From: a virus
Lineage: Duplodnaviria > Caudoviricetes
Direction: 5' to 3' (one strand)
IMG/VR virus record: IMGVR_UViG_3300024275_000026
Location: 1 to 26,121 of that record
Length of the DNA stretch: 26,121 bases
In this document: piece after piece, positions 7,893 through 15,596 of the stretch
How positions within the stretch are numbered: position 1 is the first letter of the stretch
Layout: each line of letters begins with the position of its first letter
Position numbers and translations under genes: made by a program
The notes under the pieces: model-generated
The model's database searches: none
The model's input: only the letters and a program-made list of their open reading frames with translations
Told to the model about the DNA's origin: nothing

Positions 7893-9518
7893 TTACCCCT
7901 GATTCGTGTAGCCGGTGTCGGCGTAGCGCGCGAAGAACGTCCCGATTGATACGCTCTGCGAAGACGTGACCATAACGTCAATCGACATTTTCTGGAACAC
8001 CAGCGGAATGCTCCAGGGGATCGTGTAGACCTTCGGAACGTTGGCTGCTGATGCCCAAAGGAACGAACCCCACACCCCCGCGCCCCAAAGCGTGCCTGAA
8101 CTGGTTGTCAGGATGAACGTAGAATTAAGCGGGTTGTAATTCCCGTCCAGTGCGCTCAGATTGTAGTTCACCGCCAGGCCGGAAGACGAAAGCTCTATCG
8201 TTGACTCTATCACCTGCACCTGCGCCATGTGCCCGGTCTTCGGGAACGAAGACGAGGTCATGTGGCTCGTCAGGTTCGTCCCGGCGTCGTTGTACACGCT
8301 GGTCGTGTCGGGTATGCACTGGCTCTTGAACAGCGCCGCGCCGTGCGCGCTTCCGGACAAAATGAAGAAGTCGCCTACCTGGGACACACAGTCGTAGCTG
8401 AAGGTGTGGGGTCCCGTCCAGCGCTTGCGCCTGATGTCGTACCAGTAGTCGTTCGTCCCGGCCACGCCCTGCACAACGGTTGCCATGCATGCGCGATAGA
8501 CGTTACCCGTGAAGGACGCTGCCATACGTGATGGCGTGGTCGCGTTCTGGAAAGGAACCTGCAAATCAGGCGGTGCGTCTTGCCCCGGCGTATGTGATAG
8601 CGCGCCAAGGGTTCCTACGTAACTGAGCACGTAGGGGCCGTCAACAGCCGCGAAAAATATCCCGAAGGGCCCCTGAACGACGCTGCGAGGCGATACCGTG
8701 CCCGTCGTCAGCGTTATGTAGTTCAGTGCGAGGTTGTTCGTCACGGGGTCGCCCGTGATCTGCCAGATTTGCGAACCCTTGAACACAACCAGCGCGCCAA
8801 GTACGCCTGATGAAGTGGTCTGGATGGGCAGGCCGGATTGGGCCGTGATCGGCGTTGTGTCGCCGAGCGTTACCGACTGGCTGGCGTTAGTACGCGTCGT
8901 CGGAACCAGCACGTCGCTAAAGTAATCGACGTTCCCCACCGCGAAATACGCGCGGTTGTTGAAGTTCGCAACACTCGTCGGTACACCCGGTAAAGGATTC
9001 GTTGCCGTGTTGGCCGACGTCCATGTCGGCGCCGCCGGGTTCGAAATGTCGATCACACCAAAGAAATTCGCGCCCGTTCCGCTAAACCCTGGATGCGTAA
9101 CGATGATCTTCGTGCTGATGACATCCATCGTAGGCGGCGTCCAGGCGGACGCGGGGTTGGAACTCGGAGAGGTGGGCGTGTTTCCCGCCGTCACGCCCGT
9201 TATGGTCGTGAAGGTGTTCGTGAGAATGTTGTAAGCGAACGGCTCATCCTGCCCGGGGTTGCGCGCGGTTGATACCATCCCGTAAATCACGTTTCCGATT
9301 GCGATGTGCACCGAAACGAAAGTAGGCGTCGTGAAACTGCCGAACGTTGTCAGCGCAGTCCCGACTCCGGGGCGCGACACAACCAGTTCAGGGTTTCCCT
9401 GATCGAAAACGAGATTCGAGAGCGTGCGGCACGCGCCGGCGAACGCATCCGTGGAATCGAACGCGTCACAAACACCTTTAGGACTAAAACGGACTGGCTG
9501 ACCGTTGCGGATTGCCAT
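7893..9518 (-). CDS. podovirus tail nozzle / DNA-stabilisation protein (P22 gp10 / T7 gp12-like position)
   Basis: 541 aa, beta-rich, early SRPG motif, located after the adaptor gene. Confidence 0.65.
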   Translation of the reverse strand: MAIRNGQPVRFSPKGVCDAFDSTDAFAGACRTLSNLVFDQGNPELVVSRPGVGTALTTFGSFTTPTFVSVHIAIGNVIYGMVSTARNPGQDEPFAYNILTNTFTTITGVTAGNTPTSPSSNPASAWTPPTMDVISTKIIVTHPGFSGTGANFFGVIDISNPAAPTWTSANTATNPLPGVPTSVANFNNRAYFAVGNVDYFSDVLVPTTRTNASQSVTLGDTTPITAQSGLPIQTTSSGVLGALVVFKGSQIWQITGDPVTNNLALNYITLTTGTVSPRSVVQGPFGIFFAAVDGPYVLSYVGTLGALSHTPGQDAPPDLQVPFQNATTPSRMAASFTGNVYRACMATVVQGVAGTNDYWYDIRRKRWTGPHTFSYDCVSQVGDFFILSGSAHGAALFKSQCIPDTTSVYNDAGTNLTSHMTSSSFPKTGHMAQVQVIESTIELSSSGLAVNYNLSALDGNYNPLNSTFILTTSSGTLWGAGVWGSFLWASAANVPKVYTIPWSIPLVFQKMSIDVMVTSSQSVSIGTFFARYADTGYTNQG

Positions 9519-9526
9519 ACGGTCTC

Positions 9527-10231
9527 CTAGTCGGTGATTTTGGTCGGTTTGAGCGTGCGGTTCGTGTGGAAACGTCGCGGGTCGAGGCGAACGGACTTGA
9601 CCACCTGCTGCTCATCTCCTTCCATGATGAGATGGACGCGCAGCATGTTCTGTATCTGCTGGAGGAAACTTTCGCGCCGCGTGTCGTCCGTGATGTCCAT
9701 CAGGCGCGCCGCCGTCGCCTTGATGAGGTAATCCTGATCTGGAAACCACGGGATAACAGTCGAGTTTTCCGGCGTCACGATGTCAGGTTGCTTCACCATG
9801 TAGCGGTGCGTCAGCGTGATCTGGCCGGACGACTGCGGGTAAATGAAGAGCGTACCCGCCGAATTCTGCGCGAGCGCCGTCGTCTCGTCCACGAGGATCG
9901 TCATGAACTCGTATGGGTAGTTCGCAATCGACGGGTCTTTAAACTCCTGGTCGTACTCTTCCGTGCTGATCGGATTCAGGAAGTACGGGAGGTTGTTCTG
10001 CTCGAAAAACAGGTCATACGTGCGCAGATAGTTCAACGGGAGCGTGAACGGCCCGAAGTTGTTCGCCTGCACGAGAATAGGTTCCGTGACCCGATTGATC
10101 TTCAGGTCACGGTGCAACCAGAGATCCTCAAGAGCCATGTTCAGCATCTGCCCGCCGATCTGCGTAAAGCCGGGGGCCTTGGCAATCTGGCATGCCAAAG
10201 TGACGATTTGCTGGCTCGTGAGGTACGCCAT
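9527..10231 (-). CDS. head-tail adaptor / tail tubular protein A-like
   Basis: 234 aa. T-x-x-Q-I-V...LNMALEDL helix at the N-terminus and YLIKATAARL helix near the C-terminus. Position between capsid and nozzle genes. Confidence 0.6.
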   Translation of the reverse strand: MAYLTSQQIVTLACQIAKAPGFTQIGGQMLNMALEDLWLHRDLKINRVTEPILVQANNFGPFTLPLNYLRTYDLFFEQNNLPYFLNPISTEEYDQEFKDPSIANYPYEFMTILVDETTALAQNSAGTLFIYPQSSGQITLTHRYMVKQPDIVTPENSTVIPWFPDQDYLIKATAARLMDITDDTRRESFLQQIQNMLRVHLIMEGDEQQVVKSVRLDPRRFHTNRTLKPTKITD

Positions 10232-10614
10232 TACGCTGCCTTCTTCACAGAAGCGATTTTCGCTTTTCCTTCGTCGAGGTACTTCTCGATCTGCTTGATC
10301 TGGACGGGCAGATTCGTCATCTGTGCCTGTTCCTGGCTCGTCAGTTTGTACTTGGCCTTCGAGCGCTCCAGCAGATCCGCATACGCCTTGCGGTGATCTT
10401 CGAGCATCTTCACCTGTGCCTCGATAGCCTTTTCGAGCACAGGAATTTCAAGAATCGCCTGCTGACGCAGAAGCGCTTCGCGATACACATCCATCCGTTC
10501 ATTCAGACCTTCCGGGGTCTCGCCTTCGATCACATAGCTGCTGATCGAAACGGAAGCGCCGTTGGGCGCGGGCAAGTTGATCTGGAAGTTTCCCAGTACG
10601 GTATGTTCGTTCAT
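10231..10614 (-). CDS. hypothetical protein (coiled coil)
   Basis: 127-aa ORF with GAGG SD, coupled (TAATG) to the next gene. Confidence 0.75.
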   Translation of the reverse strand: MNEHTVLGNFQINLPAPNGASVSISSYVIEGETPEGLNERMDVYREALLRQQAILEIPVLEKAIEAQVKMLEDHRKAYADLLERSKAKYKLTSQEQAQMTNLPVQIKQIEKYLDEGKAKIASVKKAA

Positions 10615-10623
10615 CGTTTCCTC

Positions 10624-11112
10624 TTATCGACGGCGGTCACCACCGCGCAGCACGCGGTCTTGAGCTACCTTGTAGGCGTTTTCGTTTGCACCGCTGATGT
10701 TGTTCTCGTGATCCCAGGTGCGGGCCACGATTTCTTTCACGCTGCGCAACACGTCCGTACTGAATTCGTACGTCGTGCCGTGCACGTACTGTTGACCGTT
10801 CAGGCGGATATCGATGCCGCCGCACGGCGCGAGGTCGATGCGATACCACCAGAGGTCTTTCCCGTCGTCCGTGCGGCGCGAGAAACGCTCCGTAACGTTG
10901 GCGGTAAAGAGCGACGACTGGGCCTGAGCGGACAGACGCGCGGACTCTTCTTCCGCGATCAGCCGGCCAGCGGTCGATTTCGCCAGTTCAGCCTCAAGCG
11001 CCGCGATACGGGCTTTCAGCTGTTCCGGGGTTTCGGCGCCGGTAACTTCCGGCTTGTCGTCATCTTCAAAAACCCCCTCTTGCGAGGGGGTGTTAGGCGT
11101 GCGCGGGGGCAT
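10624..11112 (-). CDS. hypothetical protein
   Basis: 162-aa ORF with AGGAG SD, short coiled coil LKARIAALEAELAK. Confidence 0.75.
   Translation of the reverse strand: MPPRTPNTPSQEGVFEDDDKPEVTGAETPEQLKARIAALEAELAKSTAGRLIAEEESARLSAQAQSSLFTANVTERFSRRTDDGKDLWWYRIDLAPCGGIDIRLNGQQYVHGTTYEFSTDVLRSVKEIVARTWDHENNISGANENAYKVAQDRVLRGGDRRR
11068..11091 (-). terminator. intrinsic terminator after the major capsid gene, inside the next CDS
   Basis: Minus strand reads ACCCCCTC-GCAA-GAGGGGGT-TTTT: GC stem, GNRA loop, U tract. Confidence 0.75.
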
Positions 11113-11123
11113 TTAAGCTCCTG

Positions 11124-12545
11124 TTACGGTGTGGTCACGGTGCCGGCAGTATAACCCGGCGTGAATGCCGAACCGGCCTCCACACGGGCCAAAAATGCCT
11201 GGTTAAGTATAATACTTCCATAAAATACTTTCCATGATACGACGCGCGTCTGGTTAAGCGGATCGCTCTTGTCAGCGCCCGTCAGGTAGTGGAATTCCGG
11301 GTTCTCCAGCAGGACCTGGCCGTACGAGTGGTTACCGATGAAGATCGTCGGGAACACGCTGACGCCCGTGGCGGGAGCCGCCGGCGGCGTCTGCGCAACA
11401 CCGATACCCGTCAGCGTAACCGTCTGGTTCGGCAGAAGCTGCGTAGCCTGACCGGCCAGCGGGCCAGTAACGGGAACACCGTTACCGATTGCCGTTGCCA
11501 GGTTCGACGGCGTGGCCGACGTGCCGATGTACACGTTGAACACGTAGTTCGGCACGTTCGGGATCACTACCGAGATCGAGCCCGTGGGGCCCGTCACGCT
11601 GATGGCGTTCGAAACCTGATAGACGATCTGCTCGACCGACGTTTGCGCGGGCGAAGCCGTTACGATGATCTGGTAACCGGCGTTCGTTGCCAGCGTGCCG
11701 CCCGATGCCGATGCCGTGCCCTGGATGGCAGCTGCGCCCGTCCAGTAGGGCATCATGTTCGATTCAACGAAGCGCGCGCCGTTGAACGGGCCCAGTTCGT
11801 TGTTGTACAGGCGGTTCAAATCGCTGTACGACCACGCGTTCACAACCGTCGTGTTTTCGCGCATGTCCTGTGCCGACAGCGGGTGGATGAGCGCGATGTA
11901 GTGTTGCATGACAGCGGGCGACTTCGACGGGTCGCGATACGCGCCCGCTTCGATCATCATGTCTTCGCGTTCGTCGCCCATGAAGCGCGGCACGCCGTAC
12001 GTGAGGAACGAACCAACAATGCGGTTCGTCTCGTGCGGGGTCATCACGTCAGTAGCCAGCAGGTTCGCGCGGCTCGACTTGCCGTTCGCGTAGTTCACCT
12101 GAGTCGTGGCGAGGAGCGTATTGAACGTGTTGCGCTCCAGCGTTTCCGGCAGTTGCAACGCGACCAGTTCGCAGGCCTGCTGGAAGAGCGGATGCTTGAT
12201 GGTCAGGTTGGCGACGTCGGTGATGATGACGCGATCGCCCCACTGTTGAGCCGTGGCCGAAACCTGTTGCAGCGTCATCGCTTCGCCGGGGGGCGCTACA
12301 CCTTCCTGCAACGGCGCGAACGGCAGTGGCAGGCGCTGGTAGCGCGAAGCCGTGTACGTCGTGCCACGGTTCGTGTCCAGCTTCAGCGGTTTGCCGAACT
12401 GGTACGCGACCAGCTGGCGGCGCGCGAGCGGCTCGACTTCTTCCTGAATGTACGCTTCAACGTCCGCCGTAAAGCTGGTGGACTGGTTGGTAACGCCCGG
12501 GAACAGCGAGGCCCACAAGAGGCCCAATTTTTTGAGGTATCGCAT
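11124..12545 (-). CDS. major capsid protein, N4-gp56-like family (HK97 fold)
   Basis: Start MRYLKK at 12545 (GAGG SD). Motifs QFGKP, LQEGVAP, QWGDRVIITD, YIALIHP, ELGPFNGARFVES, DKSDPLNQ..VSWK. Confidence 0.9.
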   Translation of the reverse strand: MRYLKKLGLLWASLFPGVTNQSTSFTADVEAYIQEEVEPLARRQLVAYQFGKPLKLDTNRGTTYTASRYQRLPLPFAPLQEGVAPPGEAMTLQQVSATAQQWGDRVIITDVANLTIKHPLFQQACELVALQLPETLERNTFNTLLATTQVNYANGKSSRANLLATDVMTPHETNRIVGSFLTYGVPRFMGDEREDMMIEAGAYRDPSKSPAVMQHYIALIHPLSAQDMRENTTVVNAWSYSDLNRLYNNELGPFNGARFVESNMMPYWTGAAAIQGTASASGGTLATNAGYQIIVTASPAQTSVEQIVYQVSNAISVTGPTGSISVVIPNVPNYVFNVYIGTSATPSNLATAIGNGVPVTGPLAGQATQLLPNQTVTLTGIGVAQTPPAAPATGVSVFPTIFIGNHSYGQVLLENPEFHYLTGADKSDPLNQTRVVSWKVFYGSIILNQAFLARVEAGSAFTPGYTAGTVTTP

Positions 12546-12561
12546 GGTTTCCTCTTCGTGG

Positions 12562-13281
12562 TTAAATATTCTGGTTCGCGAGACGCTCACGACGCTTGTC
12601 CTGGTCTGAGCGCCCCGAACGTGCCGGTACATCACTGCGAACTCCTGCCGACTTCCCGCGCGGCACTGCCGGTGCGGACGACTTGGGCTTTGCCTTAAGC
12701 TTGCCTTCAGCAATGTCCTTACCGAGCATCCAGTAGTACACATCCTCGCGTGAGGCTTGCTGACCGCGTGAACGTGCTTTCTGGACTTCTTCTTCCACCC
12801 GCTCCGTGTACTTCGCGCGGCGCGGTTCGCTCGCAATCTTCGACTCGAAGCGCGCGCGGTCCGACATGTCTTGCGCCTGGAACATGGCCTGCTGTGCCTG
12901 ACGTTGCGTGTCGCGCAGCGTGCGGTTGGCCTGAATCTGCCAGCGCTCCATTTCCGTCGTGTCCGGACTGCGGAGCCGCTCCTCTTCGCGCTGATACTCC
13001 GTGTCTACGGGCGCAGACTGACTCGAAAGGCGCGCTTCCGCTGCAAGGCGTCCACGGCGTTCGACTTCAGCTTCCAGGCGAGCCAGACGCTCAGCAGAAT
13101 CATCGCGGCGCGATGTGGTCCGTGCAGGAGGATCGTCAGGCAGGTCATCAGCAGGCAGATCCAGATCGTCATCATCACTGGGATCAGGTGCAGGAAGGTC
13201 ATCAGGTAGGGGATCATCGTCAGGTTCTCCGTCAATCCCCGGAAAAAGAAGGCCTAAGAGTTTTTTAAGCAGCTTGTTCAC
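12562..13281 (-). CDS. capsid scaffolding protein
   Basis: Directly upstream of the capsid gene. D/P-rich acidic linker, long charged helical middle, basic tail. AAGGA SD before GTG. Confidence 0.75.
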   Translation of the reverse strand: MNKLLKKLLGLLFPGIDGEPDDDPLPDDLPAPDPSDDDDLDLPADDLPDDPPARTTSRRDDSAERLARLEAEVERRGRLAAEARLSSQSAPVDTEYQREEERLRSPDTTEMERWQIQANRTLRDTQRQAQQAMFQAQDMSDRARFESKIASEPRRAKYTERVEEEVQKARSRGQQASREDVYYWMLGKDIAEGKLKAKPKSSAPAVPRGKSAGVRSDVPARSGRSDQDKRRERLANQNI

Positions 13282-13290
13282 TTGGGTTCC

Positions 13291-13812
13291 TTAACTCTGC
13301 GTGCCGGTGCCAATGGCTTGCAGCGTCATCGCTGCGGAGGCGCCAACACCCGTGATAGTGACAATGAAATCGCGCCAAGTGTTTTGCGCAACCGTCATCG
13401 TACCGTTCAGTGTCCAGCCGCTGGCGGTCGTGACCGTCCACGCGAAGTTAGCACTGGAACTGTTGATGACGCGAAGGAGAGTGGTCGAACCGACGACGGC
13501 CTGCTGCGCCGTCATCGTTGCCAGCATTACGGCGGCGGTCGGCAGCGTCAGGGCAGCGCCTGCGCCGAGCGTACCGGTAAGATTCAGGACGGTCGATTCC
13601 GCGCCCATGATTTGGGCTTGGGTTGCCGTGAAGCCGGTTGTGTTCGTGGCTGCGTTATAGATAGCTGCCTGCCACGGGTTGATCGACAGAATCGAGTTGA
13701 TCAATCCGGTTTGGTCCGCCAGTGCGCCGAGCATCGGCGTAATGTTGGGAGTTTGCCCCTGGATCGAGGGGTAAAGCGCGCCGATCAGGGCGCTAAGACG
13801 GGTTTTTCGCAT
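13291..13812 (-). CDS. putative head decoration / virion structural protein (173 aa)
   Basis: Start MRKTRL at 13812 (AGGGGA SD). T/A/G-rich beta-type sequence with LTLPTAA motif. Co-transcribed with scaffold and capsid. Confidence 0.65.
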   Translation of the reverse strand: MRKTRLSALIGALYPSIQGQTPNITPMLGALADQTGLINSILSINPWQAAIYNAATNTTGFTATQAQIMGAESTVLNLTGTLGAGAALTLPTAAVMLATMTAQQAVVGSTTLLRVINSSSANFAWTVTTASGWTLNGTMTVAQNTWRDFIVTITGVGASAAMTLQAIGTGTQS

Positions 13813-13839
13813 GGTATTCCCCTGATTAGGCTTTCGCCG

Positions 13840-13868
13840 GTTATATAGCGTTTGTTTCAAAAAGTCAA
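13840..13868 (-). promoter_or_regulatory. near-consensus sigma70 promoter TTGACT-17-TATAAC for the head cassette
   Basis: -35 at 13868-13863 (overlapping the upstream stop codon), -10 at 13845-13840, 17-bp spacer. Confidence 0.75.
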
Positions 13869-15268
13869 CGTACGCGCCGCGCGCGTATATAGCCGTTTGT
13901 GGTCATGGTGCCGCCTGAAAAATTCGCCATTGCCACCAGAAACACCGTAGTGGTTCCCGATACGCTGATTCGCGTCACCATCGGGCAAGCCACGGGGTTT
14001 GTGTTAGTTCCTAGCGTTCCCGTCAGTGCGGTGATACCAAACCCGCTAGTGGCGACTGGCATCGTGGCGGAAGTAGTGTTAATAGCAACACTCCATTGCG
14101 TCGTGGCCGTGCCTGCTGCCGTTACCGCTACCGCTTGCCCCGTAACGTCCCAATCACCCGCCGTCAGCGAAATAGACGTTACATTGGCCGCAACACCTGT
14201 TGACAGGGAGACTGCTGAAGCGTTGGCGGTTACGAACTCCCCCACACTGCCCGCCTGCGCGCTGTCGTTCGTCACTGTCCCGACAATGCCGGCTACTGAG
14301 TTCGGCGTGATCGTGCTCGACGCAGCCAGCGTGGTGAACTGCCCCGTGCTCGCTGCCGTGTTGCCGATAGGGCCAGGCGACGCGAAGCGGTTCACGAATC
14401 CCGTACCGCTTACTGTCGAGCTGGCCGACAGCGTGGTGAACGCGCCCGTGTTCGCTGCCGTGCTGCCAATCGGGGGTGGCGATGCAAACAGACTGGTGAA
14501 CCCCGCACCGCTTACGGTAGACGTGGCGGAAAGCGTTGTGAATGCGCCGGTGTTCGGCGTCGTTGCCCCCACCGTTCCGTTAAGCGCACCGCTCGTTGAT
14601 GTAAGCGAAGTGAAAGCACCCGTACCCGGCGTCGTCGCGCCCACGTTCGTACTGTTGATGCCGCCCGTAGCGCTGAAACCGCCTGTGTGCGCCCATGCGC
14701 CAGTGCCGCTCGTGGAGGTGATGCCGCTGATGCCTGCGGCCTGCCCGCCCGTGATCGCCAGCGCGTTCGTAAATCCGGTGAACGCGTCATTGGCAAAGCC
14801 AAACGCCAGAACCGTGCTACCCCACGTGACGAACGCGTTTTTGTTGTTCGCGCTGCGGATCGAGTCGATAAACTGGACCGTGGGGTTCGGGCTGTTGTAA
14901 ATCTGCGTGCCCGTGGCGGTCACCGCCGGCACCGCGCCGCCGGATGCAAACAGACTGCCGGCGGTCGCCGTCGTGAAAGCACCTGTGCTCGGTGTCGTTC
15001 CACCAATCGGCGTGTTATTGATCGTACCGCCCGTGACGGATACACCCGACATCGTGCCGGAAGTCGCATGCACCGCTGACACCGTGGGATTCGGATACGT
15101 ACCCGACAGATCACCGCCCGCCGGGCCCGTCGGGTCACTAGCAACGCTGTTCAGCGCAATCGTTGTCTGCTGCGCGAGCGAGTTGATTGCGGCCTGCACT
15201 TCCTCAGGCGGCACATCGGTGCCCGCGCTGCGCACCTTGTAAGGCGTAATCAGGAATGTGTCAGACAT
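13865..15268 (-). CDS. Thr/Gly-rich fibre or spike protein
   Basis: 467 aa. GPAGGDLSGTYPNPTV motif, five (I/V)G-x-T-x-x-x-TG-x-FT repeats, C-terminal AGSVGE...SISLTAGDWDV...ARRVR domain typical of phage fibres. Confidence 0.75.
   Translation of the reverse strand: MSDTFLITPYKVRSAGTDVPPEEVQAAINSLAQQTTIALNSVASDPTGPAGGDLSGTYPNPTVSAVHATSGTMSGVSVTGGTINNTPIGGTTPSTGAFTTATAGSLFASGGAVPAVTATGTQIYNSPNPTVQFIDSIRSANNKNAFVTWGSTVLAFGFANDAFTGFTNALAITGGQAAGISGITSTSGTGAWAHTGGFSATGGINSTNVGATTPGTGAFTSLTSTSGALNGTVGATTPNTGAFTTLSATSTVSGAGFTSLFASPPPIGSTAANTGAFTTLSASSTVSGTGFVNRFASPGPIGNTAASTGQFTTLAASSTITPNSVAGIVGTVTNDSAQAGSVGEFVTANASAVSLSTGVAANVTSISLTAGDWDVTGQAVAVTAAGTATTQWSVAINTTSATMPVATSGFGITALTGTLGTNTNPVACPMVTRISVSGTTTVFLVAMANFSGGTMTTNGYIRARRVR
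14328..15012 (-). repeat. protein-level fibre repeats, including a 34-aa (102-bp) tandem duplication
   Basis: IGGTTPSTGAFTT, VGATTPGTGAFTSL, VGATTPNTGAFTTL, IGSTAANTGAFTTL, IGNTAASTGQFTTL. Confidence 0.8.
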
Positions 15269-15596
15269 GGAGTGCCCTTAACCGTTTGCTTATCGATGGG
15301 CGCCCGCCGGGGCAGTGCGTCAAGAGATACGTGACAAGTCCCGGCCCGTAGCCGCACGTTTTCGCGTACTGGTCTGCCTCCAGTTCCTGCGCCTCGCACA
15401 TCGCGAAGAACTTCTCAGTCTGGAAGAACGCGCGCAGCGTCACGAACCACAGAAGGCGTGTGCGCACGTGCTTGTGGTGCAGGTGCCCGCGCTCATGAGC
15501 CAGAATCGCGTTCTGTTCAAACACCGACAGAGAGGCAAACTGGCTCCCGGTCTGTATTGTGCCCCATGGCGTGACGCGCGCGCAGAATTCTCTCAC
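15261..15596 (-). CDS. minimal M48/M56-like zinc metallopeptidase
   Basis: AILAHERGHLHHKH (HExxH), QELEADQYA (third ligand ExxAD), TH.P...S...RL.AL tail. GTG overlaps the portal stop (GTGA). Confidence 0.8.
   Translation of the reverse strand: MREFCARVTPWGTIQTGSQFASLSVFEQNAILAHERGHLHHKHVRTRLLWFVTLRAFFQTEKFFAMCEAQELEADQYAKTCGYGPGLVTYLLTHCPGGRPSISKRLRALHV

Noticed and set aside
11208-11213. Perfect TATAAT as an antisense promoter in the capsid gene
   Set aside because: No -35 or extended -10 at the proper spacing. Noted only as part of the AT-rich patch.
12495-13281. Leaders as Prp substrates or Sec/lipoprotein signal peptides
   Set aside because: They lack the L27-type LQ(F/H)FA motif, a lipobox Cys and a clear AxA site, and the hydrophobic stretch is short. 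Treated as an analogous but distinct motif.
5187-13860. Longest-ORF starts at 5936, 6184, 7064, 12836 and 13860 (also 2350 and 22308)
   Set aside because: They overlap upstream genes or promoters. Internal starts have SDs or stop-start coupling and were used instead.
7116-15268. Diversity-generating retroelement acting on a fibre gene
   Set aside because: No reverse transcriptase, and I saw no template/variable repeat pair differing at adenines.
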